This document shows, in pieces, positions 8,888-17,837 of a DNA stretch of 64,000 nt; position 1 is the first letter of the stretch, and the number at the start of each line of letters is the position of its first letter. Source of the stretch: Syntrophales bacterium (GTDB lineage Bacteria; Desulfobacterota; Syntrophia; Syntrophales; PHBD01); the NCBI GenBank assembly GCA_963668175.1, contig OY764159.1, positions 3,712,001 through 3,776,000 of the forward strand, given 5' to 3'. The notes beneath the pieces were generated by a model. It was given only the letters and a program-made list of their open reading frames with translations. It did not search any database and had not been told where the DNA came from. A program made the position numbers and the translations under genes.

Positions 8888-10069
8888 CTATGAGTTCATA
8901 TACCGGGAATACATGCTCTTGGCGTATTCGTTGTCGGGATTCAGCTTGAGCGCCTGGATCAGCACCTTCTTCGCCTCTTCCGGTTTGTCCGTTTTGGCAT
9001 AGAGAACCGCCAGGTTGTAGTGAAGGATATCCGAACAGGGCTCTATTCTGATGCACTTGAGGTAGACGTCGGTGGCGTCTTCGAAACGGTTCGCCCGGCG
9101 CAGGGCAACGGCGTACTTGTTGAAGACGTGAACGGTATCCTTGATCGGATCGACGGTCCGTTTCAGATAATACCCTGCCTTTTCCAGATCGTCCCGCTCA
9201 AGGTAGATAGCGGCGATATTGACCATATTCATATCGGTGGGGTTATTCCCCATGACGCTGTCGATGATCTTCTCCGCTTCTTCAGTCTTACCGTTTTCAA
9301 AGCAGAAGACAGCCAGATCTATCTTCAGATCGTTGTTTAACGTATTCATCTTGACGGCCTTCTCCAGGGCCAGGATGCCTTCGGCGAACTGCCCCATGTT
9401 CATGAAGATCTTTCCCAGAAGATTTTCATGCTGGGAACTTCTGTGCTCATCATCGATATCGGCCATGATCGATGCGGCTTTTTCATACTGTTTGAGATGA
9501 AAGAGACACTCGCAAGTCATCAACAGAACCCGCGGGTGTTGGCGAACCTTGAGGATTTCAGACCCCAGTTCCAGCGCTTCCTGATAATTCTTAGAGAGCT
9601 TTAGACGACGCATCTCGAAGACCTTCTGCTCGATTTCGTCCCTGGCCGTCGATTTCAGCAATGCCGTCCGGATGGTGGCGATAAGATCCTGTTCGCTGAA
9701 AGGTTTGACGAGAAACCCGTCGACCCCCTCCTCGGCGGCATAAAGAACCTTGTCGGAGGCCCTTTCATCGGATATCATCATGACGGGGATGGCAAAATGT
9801 TTGGGATCGCACTTGAGATGGCTGAGCAGCTCGATTCCCGTCATGTTCGGCATGGTCCAATCGGTGATGACGAGACTTATCGCGTGCGATTCGATGACCC
9901 TCAGGGCCCTGTTGCCGCTGTCGGCAGTGAGAACGTTGCCGTAACCGTTGTTTCTCAGCATGACCCGGATGATGTCCCTCATCTCGGGATAATCATCGAC
10001 GACCAGGAGGTTTTTGTAGGCTACCTTCTTCGCCCGTCCCGTTTTGCCTCGATATGGGTTGACCGGCAT
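8888..10069 (-). CDS. Response regulator receiver + TPR domain protein
   Basis: VVDD, ITDWTMPNMTG, LVKPF receiver motifs followed by TPR-like helical repeats. Confidence 0.88.
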   Translation of the reverse strand: MPVNPYRGKTGRAKKVAYKNLLVVDDYPEMRDIIRVMLRNNGYGNVLTADSGNRALRVIESHAISLVITDWTMPNMTGIELLSHLKCDPKHFAIPVMMISDERASDKVLYAAEEGVDGFLVKPFSEQDLIATIRTALLKSTARDEIEQKVFEMRRLKLSKNYQEALELGSEILKVRQHPRVLLMTCECLFHLKQYEKAASIMADIDDEHRSSQHENLLGKIFMNMGQFAEGILALEKAVKMNTLNNDLKIDLAVFCFENGKTEEAEKIIDSVMGNNPTDMNMVNIAAIYLERDDLEKAGYYLKRTVDPIKDTVHVFNKYAVALRRANRFEDATDVYLKCIRIEPCSDILHYNLAVLYAKTDKPEEAKKVLIQALKLNPDNEYAKSMYSRYMNS

Positions 10070-10465
10070 TCTCTTTCCTTATTTGAGAAAAAAATTTTCT
10101 TCCGACATCAACAGCGACGAACAGGCAATTACGAATGCAGGAGGACCATTTCTTCAAAATCGTAATGATTGTCTATTTTTATGCGCAAAAGCTTGATCTG
10201 TCAAGTGTTTTTTCTGCGACGCGTCTTCCATGCCATACTCCATCATGGAAAGTCACGGACCTCTTTCGCTCAAGCCGCTTACACGCGCTTGCCGCAAGAA
10301 CAGGACTCTTTCAATTCTCATCCTGCACCGCAGAAAAACGATTGTAAATTAGACCGGGCGGTCTTAATATGCGCATTGAAACACCCAGAGGCACTCTCCA
10401 TTTCAACGTTCAAATGAAGACCTTGAAGGCAGGTCGAAAAATACACGAAAGAAAAGAGGGACGCT

Positions 10466-11413
10466 ATGGATGCGAAAGAGGTCAGGAAGGTCGCCGTCAT
10501 CGGCGCGGGTATCATGGGGCACGGCATTGCCCAGGTTTTTGCTCAAGCAGGAATAGAAGCGGGATTGGTCGATCTCAAGACGGACATCCTCGAACGGGCG
10601 AGTCGCCTGATCAGGATGAATCTACGGACTCTTGCGGCCGAGGGCATCGTCGACGAACGCGATCTCCCCGCGATCATGAAGAGAATACATATGACAACGG
10701 ATCTCGAAGAAGCCGTCCGGGATGCAGATTTCGTTCTGGAAGCCGTGGCGGAAATACCGGATGTCAAGAAGGCGATATTTCTAAAACTGGACCAGATTTG
10801 CCGGAAAGACGCGATCTTGGCCAGCAATACATCCTCTCTGGATATCTTCGCCATCGCCGGGGATGTAACGCGGCGCGACCGCCTCATCGTGGCCCATTGG
10901 TTTGCGCCGCCGCAAATCATCCCGCTCGTCGAGATCGTGCCGGGCCCTGAGACATCCTCGCAGACCGTGGCATTCACATCGGACTTGATGGAGAGGATAG
11001 GGAAACGTCCTGTGGCCATGAAGGCCTTTGCACCCAGCTTCATCGTCAACCGAATACAGCAGTATATAGGACTTGCCGCCATTGAGATCGTCTCCAAGGG
11101 CTGGGCCACGCCGGAGGATATCGACCTGGCCGTGAAGACCAGCCTTGGCATCCGCCTCCCCATCGTCGGCGTTATGCAGACACTCGACTTTACAGGCCTC
11201 GACCTGGTTGCCCACGTCATGAAAAGCTCCCTGGGGCAGGTGCCTCCTTTTATCGCCGACCGGGTCGAGAAGGGCGAATTCGGCGCCAAGACGTCGAAAG
11301 GCATTTACGATTATGGCGGACGGACCGAAGAGGAAATCATGGAGAAGCGCGACAGGATGTACCTGGCCATGCTGGCCCAGTTGAAGAAGATGAGCGCCTT
11401 CGGCCCAGTCTAG
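10466..11413 (+). CDS. 3-hydroxyacyl-CoA dehydrogenase family protein
   Basis: VIGAGIMGHGIA, EAVAE, ASNTSSL, HWFAPP..PLVE, FIVNR. Confidence 0.9.
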   Translation: MDAKEVRKVAVIGAGIMGHGIAQVFAQAGIEAGLVDLKTDILERASRLIRMNLRTLAAEGIVDERDLPAIMKRIHMTTDLEEAVRDADFVLEAVAEIPDVKKAIFLKLDQICRKDAILASNTSSLDIFAIAGDVTRRDRLIVAHWFAPPQIIPLVEIVPGPETSSQTVAFTSDLMERIGKRPVAMKAFAPSFIVNRIQQYIGLAAIEIVSKGWATPEDIDLAVKTSLGIRLPIVGVMQTLDFTGLDLVAHVMKSSLGQVPPFIADRVEKGEFGAKTSKGIYDYGGRTEEEIMEKRDRMYLAMLAQLKKMSAFGPV

Positions 11414-11578
11414 GTATCAGCCGGCGGTTCAAGATTACGGGGATTGCAGGGTATCAACGGACCGATGGCAGCTTGATCGTCCATCTGTGCAAACAGACGG
11501 AGAGAAAAGAGGCGGCACAACGATCTTGCCACCTGTCGTGCACGGCAGCCGTTATCGCTTGACCGGGACGGAAACCCG

Positions 11579-12022
11579 TCAGGAGGGTTTTCGCAGGAAG
11601 GATATGAGGCAGCAATCGTCACCCTCGACCAGCGATTTCTCAATGATGAGATCGCTGCCGCCTTCCGCAAGGGCGCCGATCAGGCCGGCATCGATCTCCA
11701 TGAGGGCCTTGCAGAGCGAACGGTCGCCCGCCTCCAGATGGAAGGGACAGTGATAGCCTTTAACGACCACGCCTTGGTCATCCTGACGGACGATTACGGC
11801 CTGTCCCGTGCGGAGGAACATGTCCAGCCATCGGATCACCCGTTCCGTAAAACCGAGGCCGGCCATGCTTTTCGCCAGCTTCACACCGATGTGGTATCCG
11901 TATTCCCTGAGAACTTCGGAGAAGACGGGCAGAATATCGTCGCCGTAACGGGCGTGCAGCCGTTTGGCCAACTCGCCCATGACCGCCACGGGATTGTCCA
12001 GTCTGCGCGACCCGGAATGCAT
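11579..12022 (-). CDS. Small V4R/ATC-hydrolase-like protein with Cys metal-binding motif
   Basis: HCPF...LC...D...GDDCC spacing typical of this fold; SD AAGGGAGG. Confidence 0.6.
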   Translation of the reverse strand: MHSGSRRLDNPVAVMGELAKRLHARYGDDILPVFSEVLREYGYHIGVKLAKSMAGLGFTERVIRWLDMFLRTGQAVIVRQDDQGVVVKGYHCPFHLEAGDRSLCKALMEIDAGLIGALAEGGSDLIIEKSLVEGDDCCLISFLRKPS

Positions 12023-12043
12023 AGCGATCCCTCCCTTGTGCGT

Positions 12044-12934
12044 TCAGTTTCCCAATCCGCCCTCCGGTATCTTCTGGGGAATAGCGGCATAGGTACACCC
12101 CAGAAGGACGATGATGCAGCCGATCAGGGAACGCGTAGTCACCGCCTCATGAAATACGAGGACTCCAAGCCCCACACTCATCACCGGGGTCAACATGGAG
12201 AGGAGCGACCCTTCCGTCGCCCCGATGAACCGATAGGCATGGGTCATCTGGAGCTGGGCTGCGGCAGCGATGAGTCCCACGGCGATCAGGATGCCCCAGG
12301 CCGGCCATGCCGATGCGTACCCGTGTGCATGCGACGGCGCCGCAACGATAAAGAACCCGAAAAAGCTCTGGGAAAAGATGATCGCGCGGGATGTATCGGT
12401 CGCATGCAGTTTCTTGATGGAAAGTATCGCCCAGCCGGCGAACAATCCGCCTATGATGGCCACAAGGTCGAACCACGATGTCTGCCCCAGGCCTTCCGGC
12501 GGCACAATAATAAGATAAAGGCCCCCTAAAGATGCCAAAACGGCGGCCAGGACCCCAAGCTTGATGCGTTCCTGTAAGAGCAGCGGGGCGAGAAGCGCCG
12601 CCCACAAGGGATACGTATAGGTGAATATCGTGGACTTGCCGATGCCGATCTTGGTGATGGAATAGAAGTAAATGCTGGCCGAAAGCCCGCCGAACAATCC
12701 CCTCGAAACGAGCCAGCGCCGGTTCACGAATCTGAGGGGCTCTCTGCTTATAAATGAAAAGGCGTATACCAGGACCATGCAAACGACGAAGCGGACCTCG
12801 GCTGTCAGCCAGGCGTTCACCCCGTATTCGTCCGCAGCGATGCGCACCAGCACGGACATCAGGCTGAAAAGCATCGCCGAGCAGATCATCCAGAGGGTAC
12901 CTTGCCAGCCTGTTTGAGAGAGGTTATTCTTCAT
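12044..12934 (-). CDS. DMT/EamA family transporter
   Basis: About ten hydrophobic segments in two repeats; LLLQER and LVFHE motifs. Confidence 0.88.
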   Translation of the reverse strand: MKNNLSQTGWQGTLWMICSAMLFSLMSVLVRIAADEYGVNAWLTAEVRFVVCMVLVYAFSFISREPLRFVNRRWLVSRGLFGGLSASIYFYSITKIGIGKSTIFTYTYPLWAALLAPLLLQERIKLGVLAAVLASLGGLYLIIVPPEGLGQTSWFDLVAIIGGLFAGWAILSIKKLHATDTSRAIIFSQSFFGFFIVAAPSHAHGYASAWPAWGILIAVGLIAAAAQLQMTHAYRFIGATEGSLLSMLTPVMSVGLGVLVFHEAVTTRSLIGCIIVLLGCTYAAIPQKIPEGGLGN

Positions 12935-13380
12935 CGCCCGGAAATACCGATACGCAGCCCTTCCCGGATACCCAACCGGTCGCAGAGCCCCGCATTGATT
13001 TCAAGAACCTTATCGACGGGAACTCCCGAATCGTAGGTTCGTGACGGATTGCTGCCTTCCGCCCCGGCGTTCCGCGAGATCCGGACAATTTTATCGCCTT
13101 CTATCCAAAGAATATCGAGATCGAACTTCATGTCCTTCATCCAGAAGGACTTCCTTTCCTTTTCTGTGTAAATGAAGAGCATACCCTCATCGTCCCTAAG
13201 TTTCTCCCGCGAGCTCAACCCCAGAACAGCCTTATCCGGCGTATCGACGATTTCTACGAGAAAGCGATGGCCCCGGATATGGACAAAACAACTCCGCCCG
13301 GACGCTGCGCCGGCCTGATAGGCCATAAAAAGGAGGAGGATAGAAAATGCCGTTATCCATACCCTTTTCTTTCCGGCCAT
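12931..13380 (-). CDS. DUF192 family exported protein
   Basis: GL..R..L...EGMLF, FWMKDMKFDLDILWI, VLEINAG; signal peptide; overlaps DMT start. Confidence 0.85.
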   Translation of the reverse strand: MAGKKRVWITAFSILLLFMAYQAGAASGRSCFVHIRGHRFLVEIVDTPDKAVLGLSSREKLRDDEGMLFIYTEKERKSFWMKDMKFDLDILWIEGDKIVRISRNAGAEGSNPSRTYDSGVPVDKVLEINAGLCDRLGIREGLRIGISGR

Positions 13381-13662
13381 CGTCACGCTCCATGTGAAGG
13401 TTTGTCTCCTTACAACTTTATGGCCGATCCGACAATAGCCATCTTTATGGCACCAACAACTAATCATAGGTGCCTTAAAAAGCAACATATTTCACATGTT
13501 CCCGATTGCGGCGGCGTTCAACGCCTCCCCTATCCGAATGTGACAATTTTGTAACTTTTCAGCCCGCTGTTACGGAACTGTGTTCACATGATCACCTCAC
13601 CGTCGCCGAAGACAACAACTATTTTCATGTCAATACAGCATGTTACAACAAGGCAGTTCTTG

Positions 13663-13678
13663 TGGCACACTCTTTGAT
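13663..13678 (+). promoter_or_regulatory. Probable sigma54 (-24/-12) promoter of the amtB operon
   Basis: TGGCAC-N5-TTGAT, 50 nt upstream of amtB; -12 has GA instead of GC; near-palindrome GTGACAATTTTGTAAC at 13540-13555 could be an enhancer. Confidence 0.55.
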
Positions 13679-13728
13679 TATTAAGAATCGTCCGGACAAA
13701 TAAATTCGTTTCGAGTAAGGAGGCTATT

Positions 13729-14961
13729 ATGAACACAGGAGATACAGCATGGGTCTTGACGTCTTCGGCCCTTGTTTTGTTAATGACCTTACCGGGTCTG
13801 GCCCTATTCTATGGAGGTCTGGTCAGGAGGAAAAACGTTCTTTCGATCCTCATGCAATGTTTTATTATAGCATGCGTTATCAGTTTGCAGTGGGTTCTCT
13901 TCGGCTATTCGCTCTCGTTCGGCCCCGACGCCGGTCATGGAATTATCGGCAGCTTGAAGTGGTGGGGACTCAACTTTGTCGGCGGCCAGCCCAATGCCGA
14001 TTACGCGGCCACCATTCCCCACAGCGCTTTTATGATTTTCCAGTGCATGTTCGCCGTCATCACACCGGCCTTGATTATCGGCGCCTTTGCGGAGCGGATG
14101 AAGTTTTCCGCATTCCTTATCTTCACGGTCCTCTGGGCCACTTTTGTCTACGATCCACTGGCCCATTGGGTTTGGGGTACGGGCGGCTGGATGAGAGACC
14201 TGGGCGGTCTCGATTTCGCGGGCGGTATTGTCGTTCATACCAGTTCCGGTGTATCGGCTCTTGTCGTCTGCCTGTTGCTGGGCAAGAGACTGGGTTATCA
14301 GAGCGGTCCCTTCCGTCCGCATAACCTGCCTTTCACCGTGATGGGCGGTGCGCTCCTCTGGGTCGGCTGGTTCGGATTCAACGCGGGCAGCGCCCTGGGG
14401 GCCAACGATCTGGCGGCCAATGCCTTCGTTACGACTCATGTCGCCACGGCAGCCGCAGGATTAACATGGGCACTTATCGAATGGCAGCAACACGGGGCGC
14501 CGACAGTACTCGGTACGACAACCGGTGCCGTGGCGGGTCTGGTCGCCATCACCCCGGCCTGCGGATTCGTCAATCCCATGAATGCGATCTTTATCGGTAT
14601 CCTGGTCGCCCTGTTCTGCTACACGGCCGTCGCCATCATCAAAGCAAAACTCGGGTATGATGACTCTCTCGATGCCTTCGGCGTCCACGGCGTGGGAGGA
14701 ATCTGGGGAACCATCGCCACAGGGCTCTTCTGCGAAAAAGCCGTCAACTCGGCGGGCGCGGATGGTCTCTTTTTCGGCGGTGCCCAACTGTGGCCTCAGT
14801 TGATCATGGTCGTCGTTTGCCCTCTGTTCGCAGCCATCATGACCGTCATCATCTTCAAGCTGGTGGATATGGTTGTCGGAATGCGGGTAAAGGAGAAAGA
14901 TGAGACGATCGGTCTCGATCTGACTCAGCAAAGCGAAGCAGCCTATACCATCATCGAATAA
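13729..14961 (+). CDS. amtB: Ammonium transporter
   Basis: [49 protein letters not shown]. Confidence 0.97.
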   Translation: MNTGDTAWVLTSSALVLLMTLPGLALFYGGLVRRKNVLSILMQCFIIACVISLQWVLFGYSLSFGPDAGHGIIGSLKWWGLNFVGGQPNADYAATIPHSAFMIFQCMFAVITPALIIGAFAERMKFSAFLIFTVLWATFVYDPLAHWVWGTGGWMRDLGGLDFAGGIVVHTSSGVSALVVCLLLGKRLGYQSGPFRPHNLPFTVMGGALLWVGWFGFNAGSALGANDLAANAFVTTHVATAAAGLTWALIEWQQHGAPTVLGTTTGAVAGLVAITPACGFVNPMNAIFIGILVALFCYTAVAIIKAKLGYDDSLDAFGVHGVGGIWGTIATGLFCEKAVNSAGADGLFFGGAQLWPQLIMVVVCPLFAAIMTVIIFKLVDMVVGMRVKEKDETIGLDLTQQSEAAYTIIE

Positions 14962-14978
14962 AAGAGAGGAGACGTATC

Positions 14979-15320
14979 ATGAAATACATTATTGCGATCA
15001 TCCAACCGCATAAACTGGATGATGTCATGAATGCCCTGGAAGAGGCGGAAGTGGGTCTGATGACCGTGTCGAATGTTCTGGGGCGGGGACGCCAGAAAGG
15101 CGTAACAGAAGTGTACCGAGGCGCCAAGGAAGTAGGCAGCCTCCTTAAAAAAGTCAAACTGGAGATCGCCGTAAACGAAGATTTTGTGGAAACGACGATC
15201 AATGCCATCACACGGGGCGCCCGCTCCGGGGAAGTCGGTGACGGCAAGATATTTGTTCTCGATCTTCACGAAGTAATGAGAATCAGGACTGGAGAGCGCG
15301 GCGGCAAGGCGATTGGTTAG
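14979..15320 (+). CDS. glnK: P-II nitrogen signalling protein
   Basis: GRGRQKG, YRG T-loop, GDGKIFV, RIRTGE; directly after amtB. Confidence 0.93.
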   Translation: MKYIIAIIQPHKLDDVMNALEEAEVGLMTVSNVLGRGRQKGVTEVYRGAKEVGSLLKKVKLEIAVNEDFVETTINAITRGARSGEVGDGKIFVLDLHEVMRIRTGERGGKAIG

Positions 15321-15363
15321 TGAAGGGATTCTATCATTCTGAATTTCTTATGGAGTAAGTTTT

Positions 15364-15645
15364 ATGAAACGGAAAGCAATGGACAGCGATGACGATCTGC
15401 TCAAGGTCAACGTCGAAGATTTTGAAAAGCATATCATCGTATCCGCTTTGCTCCGGACACACGGCAATCAGAGCCTGGCTGCAAAACAACTTGGAACAAC
15501 AACCAGGATCATTGCTTATAGGGTCCAGAAGTACCATATCGATCTCGAACAGTTTTACGACAAGAACAGAAAGAAACCCAAGCCGTCGGACGCCGCTGCG
15601 GCGGCGTCACTTGGCAAAGAAAGCAGTGACCCTGCTTGCCGCTGA
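15364..15645 (+). CDS. Standalone Fis-type (HTH_8) DNA-binding protein
   Basis: FEK.II..AL..THGNQSLAAKQLGTT.RII.YRVQKY; SD GGAG; no AAA+ domain. Confidence 0.7.
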   Translation: MKRKAMDSDDDLLKVNVEDFEKHIIVSALLRTHGNQSLAAKQLGTTTRIIAYRVQKYHIDLEQFYDKNRKKPKPSDAAAAASLGKESSDPACR

Positions 15646-15800
15646 GAACGATAACTCAACTCGGGCGGTCAAGCATGAACGGCAACGTTACTCCCTGTGT
15701 TGACCGGCGGGCGGGAATTGCAGTTGCGTCTTCGGGAGCATCTGGAGACCACCCCCGGCAGCGCCGGCAATAATGACTAAAGAGACGAAAGGACATCACT

Positions 15801-16754
15801 ATGATTAATCTTCTAAACGATGGAAAACGCTTTATTGTAGTTATTTTATCATTATTTATCGTCTTTGCGGGTACCTCGAAACTGTGGGCCGAAGAGGCCA
15901 AACCCGCCCCCGAAAGCCAGAAGCCCGCAGCAGAAGCCGCCAAACCGGCTGAAGAGGAGAAGCCGACAGGGGAATTCGCCGTATCGGCCATGAGCCAGTA
16001 TATCTGGAGAGGCTATGAATTGAGCCGTAACAGCATCGTGGTTCAGCCGTCCGTAACGATAGGCTATAAGGGCTTTACGGCGAATGTCTGGGGCAATATG
16101 GATACGCATCCTTATTTTGCCGGCACCCAAGCCGACAAGTCCTACGGAAGCGCCTGGACGGAAACGGACCTTACGCTCTCTTACACCAAGACTTTCGGCA
16201 TCGTCAACATCGGCGGCGGCTACATCTACTACGGCTTAAACAGCATGAACAAAGACGCCCCGGACCGGGCGGACGCCCAGGAAGTTTTTCTGACCGTGGG
16301 GTTGAATACCATCCTGAATCCGACATTGACGGCCTACAAGGAAGTGGACCATTATCACAACTGGTATTTCCTCCTGGCCATCTCCCATACCTTCGAATTC
16401 AACAAGGTCGTCTCCCTGAAGCTGGCGGCCAGCGGCTCTTATCTGCTCAGCGAATATGCTGATGCGGCCCTCTTCAACGCCGGCGCCGGATACGGCGGTT
16501 ACCCCAAGTTTGACAGTAATGCCCAGGCCACGGATGACAAGTTCAAGAATTTCCATGACGGCACCGTTTCCGCCTCTCTGCCTTTAAAAGTCGCATCATA
16601 CCTTACGGTGACGCCGATTATTTCATACACCTTTCCCCTCTCTAACGATGCACGCTATGAAATGAAGGGACAGGGACTGAAGGGTTCGGCAGTAAACACC
16701 GATCGCGACAGTCAATTCGTCTATGGAGGCATAACCGTCAGTTTCAGTTTCTAA
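15801..16754 (+). CDS. Putative outer-membrane beta-barrel protein (TIGR02001/TorF-like porin family)
   Basis: Signal peptide, SQYIWRG, ETDLTLSY, alternating aromatic strands, C-terminal SFSF. Confidence 0.7.
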   Translation: MINLLNDGKRFIVVILSLFIVFAGTSKLWAEEAKPAPESQKPAAEAAKPAEEEKPTGEFAVSAMSQYIWRGYELSRNSIVVQPSVTIGYKGFTANVWGNMDTHPYFAGTQADKSYGSAWTETDLTLSYTKTFGIVNIGGGYIYYGLNSMNKDAPDRADAQEVFLTVGLNTILNPTLTAYKEVDHYHNWYFLLAISHTFEFNKVVSLKLAASGSYLLSEYADAALFNAGAGYGGYPKFDSNAQATDDKFKNFHDGTVSASLPLKVASYLTVTPIISYTFPLSNDARYEMKGQGLKGSAVNTDRDSQFVYGGITVSFSF

Positions 16755-17117
16755 GCACCTCCTGCCCGGCACCCCTCACCGGGAGGCGATTGTTCTCCGG
16801 ATACCGGCCATCGGATCAAAGGGCCGGGACGGGAACCATGACGGAGGGGAAAGAGACAGCTTATCCAGCGCCACTGCCTCTTTCCCCTCCGTGTCCTTAC
16901 CCTGCCGCAACGATTTTTCGATGTTGCCCATATCAGTCCCGCCGGCCGATCCAAAGAATGATCCATCAATCCATGGACTCCGGAGAGGCATTCGTCTCAC
17001 TGCAACTCGTTGACAAACGAGCCAGGATTCATTATAAGATAGCATATCGAGGGTTCACCTCTCCAGAAAACCAGCGAAAACAGGGATGGTCTCTCCATCT
17101 TTTTTACCAGGTGTACG

Positions 17118-17786
17118 ATGCCGATCGAACCAGGGTTACCCGTTTATATTGTCCACGATCAAATTGTGAGGAATGAGGACCTTCTCAAAGCCACAGTTTA
17201 CGGCATACGGGGAAAGCGCATCGTTCTCTCGCAAACGGCGCCCCCTCTGCCGGACTCATTTATCGGCAAATCGGTCATCGTTTCATTTCTGGACTCGGCA
17301 AACGACAACGCCAGACGCTGGGGCTGCCTCGGCATCATATCGGACATCGTGGACCGGTTTAAAATCTCCGGTGAAGAGCTGGTTCCGGCGATCATCATAG
17401 CCCGAAAGAAGGAACCGGAACCGATTACCTTAAGGCGAAGCAGCCGGGTAAGGCCGCCTGATGACGGCAGTTTGGGGCTTTCCGTTCAGAACAACTCCTA
17501 CGTCATTTTCGACATCTCTCTTCACGGAATCAATTTTATCCAGCCCAAAGACGAAGAAGCATTCCCTGTCTCAAGCGTCATGGAACTGACATTGGCCATC
17601 GACGAAAAGCCGTATAAACTGAGGGCAAAAGTCGTCCGGACGGCGGACAAGGAAGACGGCCGTTACAATTCGCTGGATTTTACCGGTATGAGCGGAGAAG
17701 CCGAGGAAATACTCGGCATCAAACTCTTCTCCGTGGAAATGCAGTCCATGCACCTCGACGAAGCGTGGACCGGCCTGGAAGATTAA
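17118..17786 (+). CDS. PilZ domain-containing protein
   Basis: RRSSR (RxxxR) and DISLHG (DxSxxG) c-di-GMP motifs. Confidence 0.75.
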   Translation: MPIEPGLPVYIVHDQIVRNEDLLKATVYGIRGKRIVLSQTAPPLPDSFIGKSVIVSFLDSANDNARRWGCLGIISDIVDRFKISGEELVPAIIIARKKEPEPITLRRSSRVRPPDDGSLGLSVQNNSYVIFDISLHGINFIQPKDEEAFPVSSVMELTLAIDEKPYKLRAKVVRTADKEDGRYNSLDFTGMSGEAEEILGIKLFSVEMQSMHLDEAWTGLED

Positions 17787-17837
17787 AATTGCTCTGTTGG
17801 TTCCGAGCCGGGAAGGGTTATAGAGACCATATTACGT

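Noticed and set aside
16776..17045. Short minus-strand ORFs between the porin and PilZ genes
   Set aside because: No convincing SD or recognisable motif
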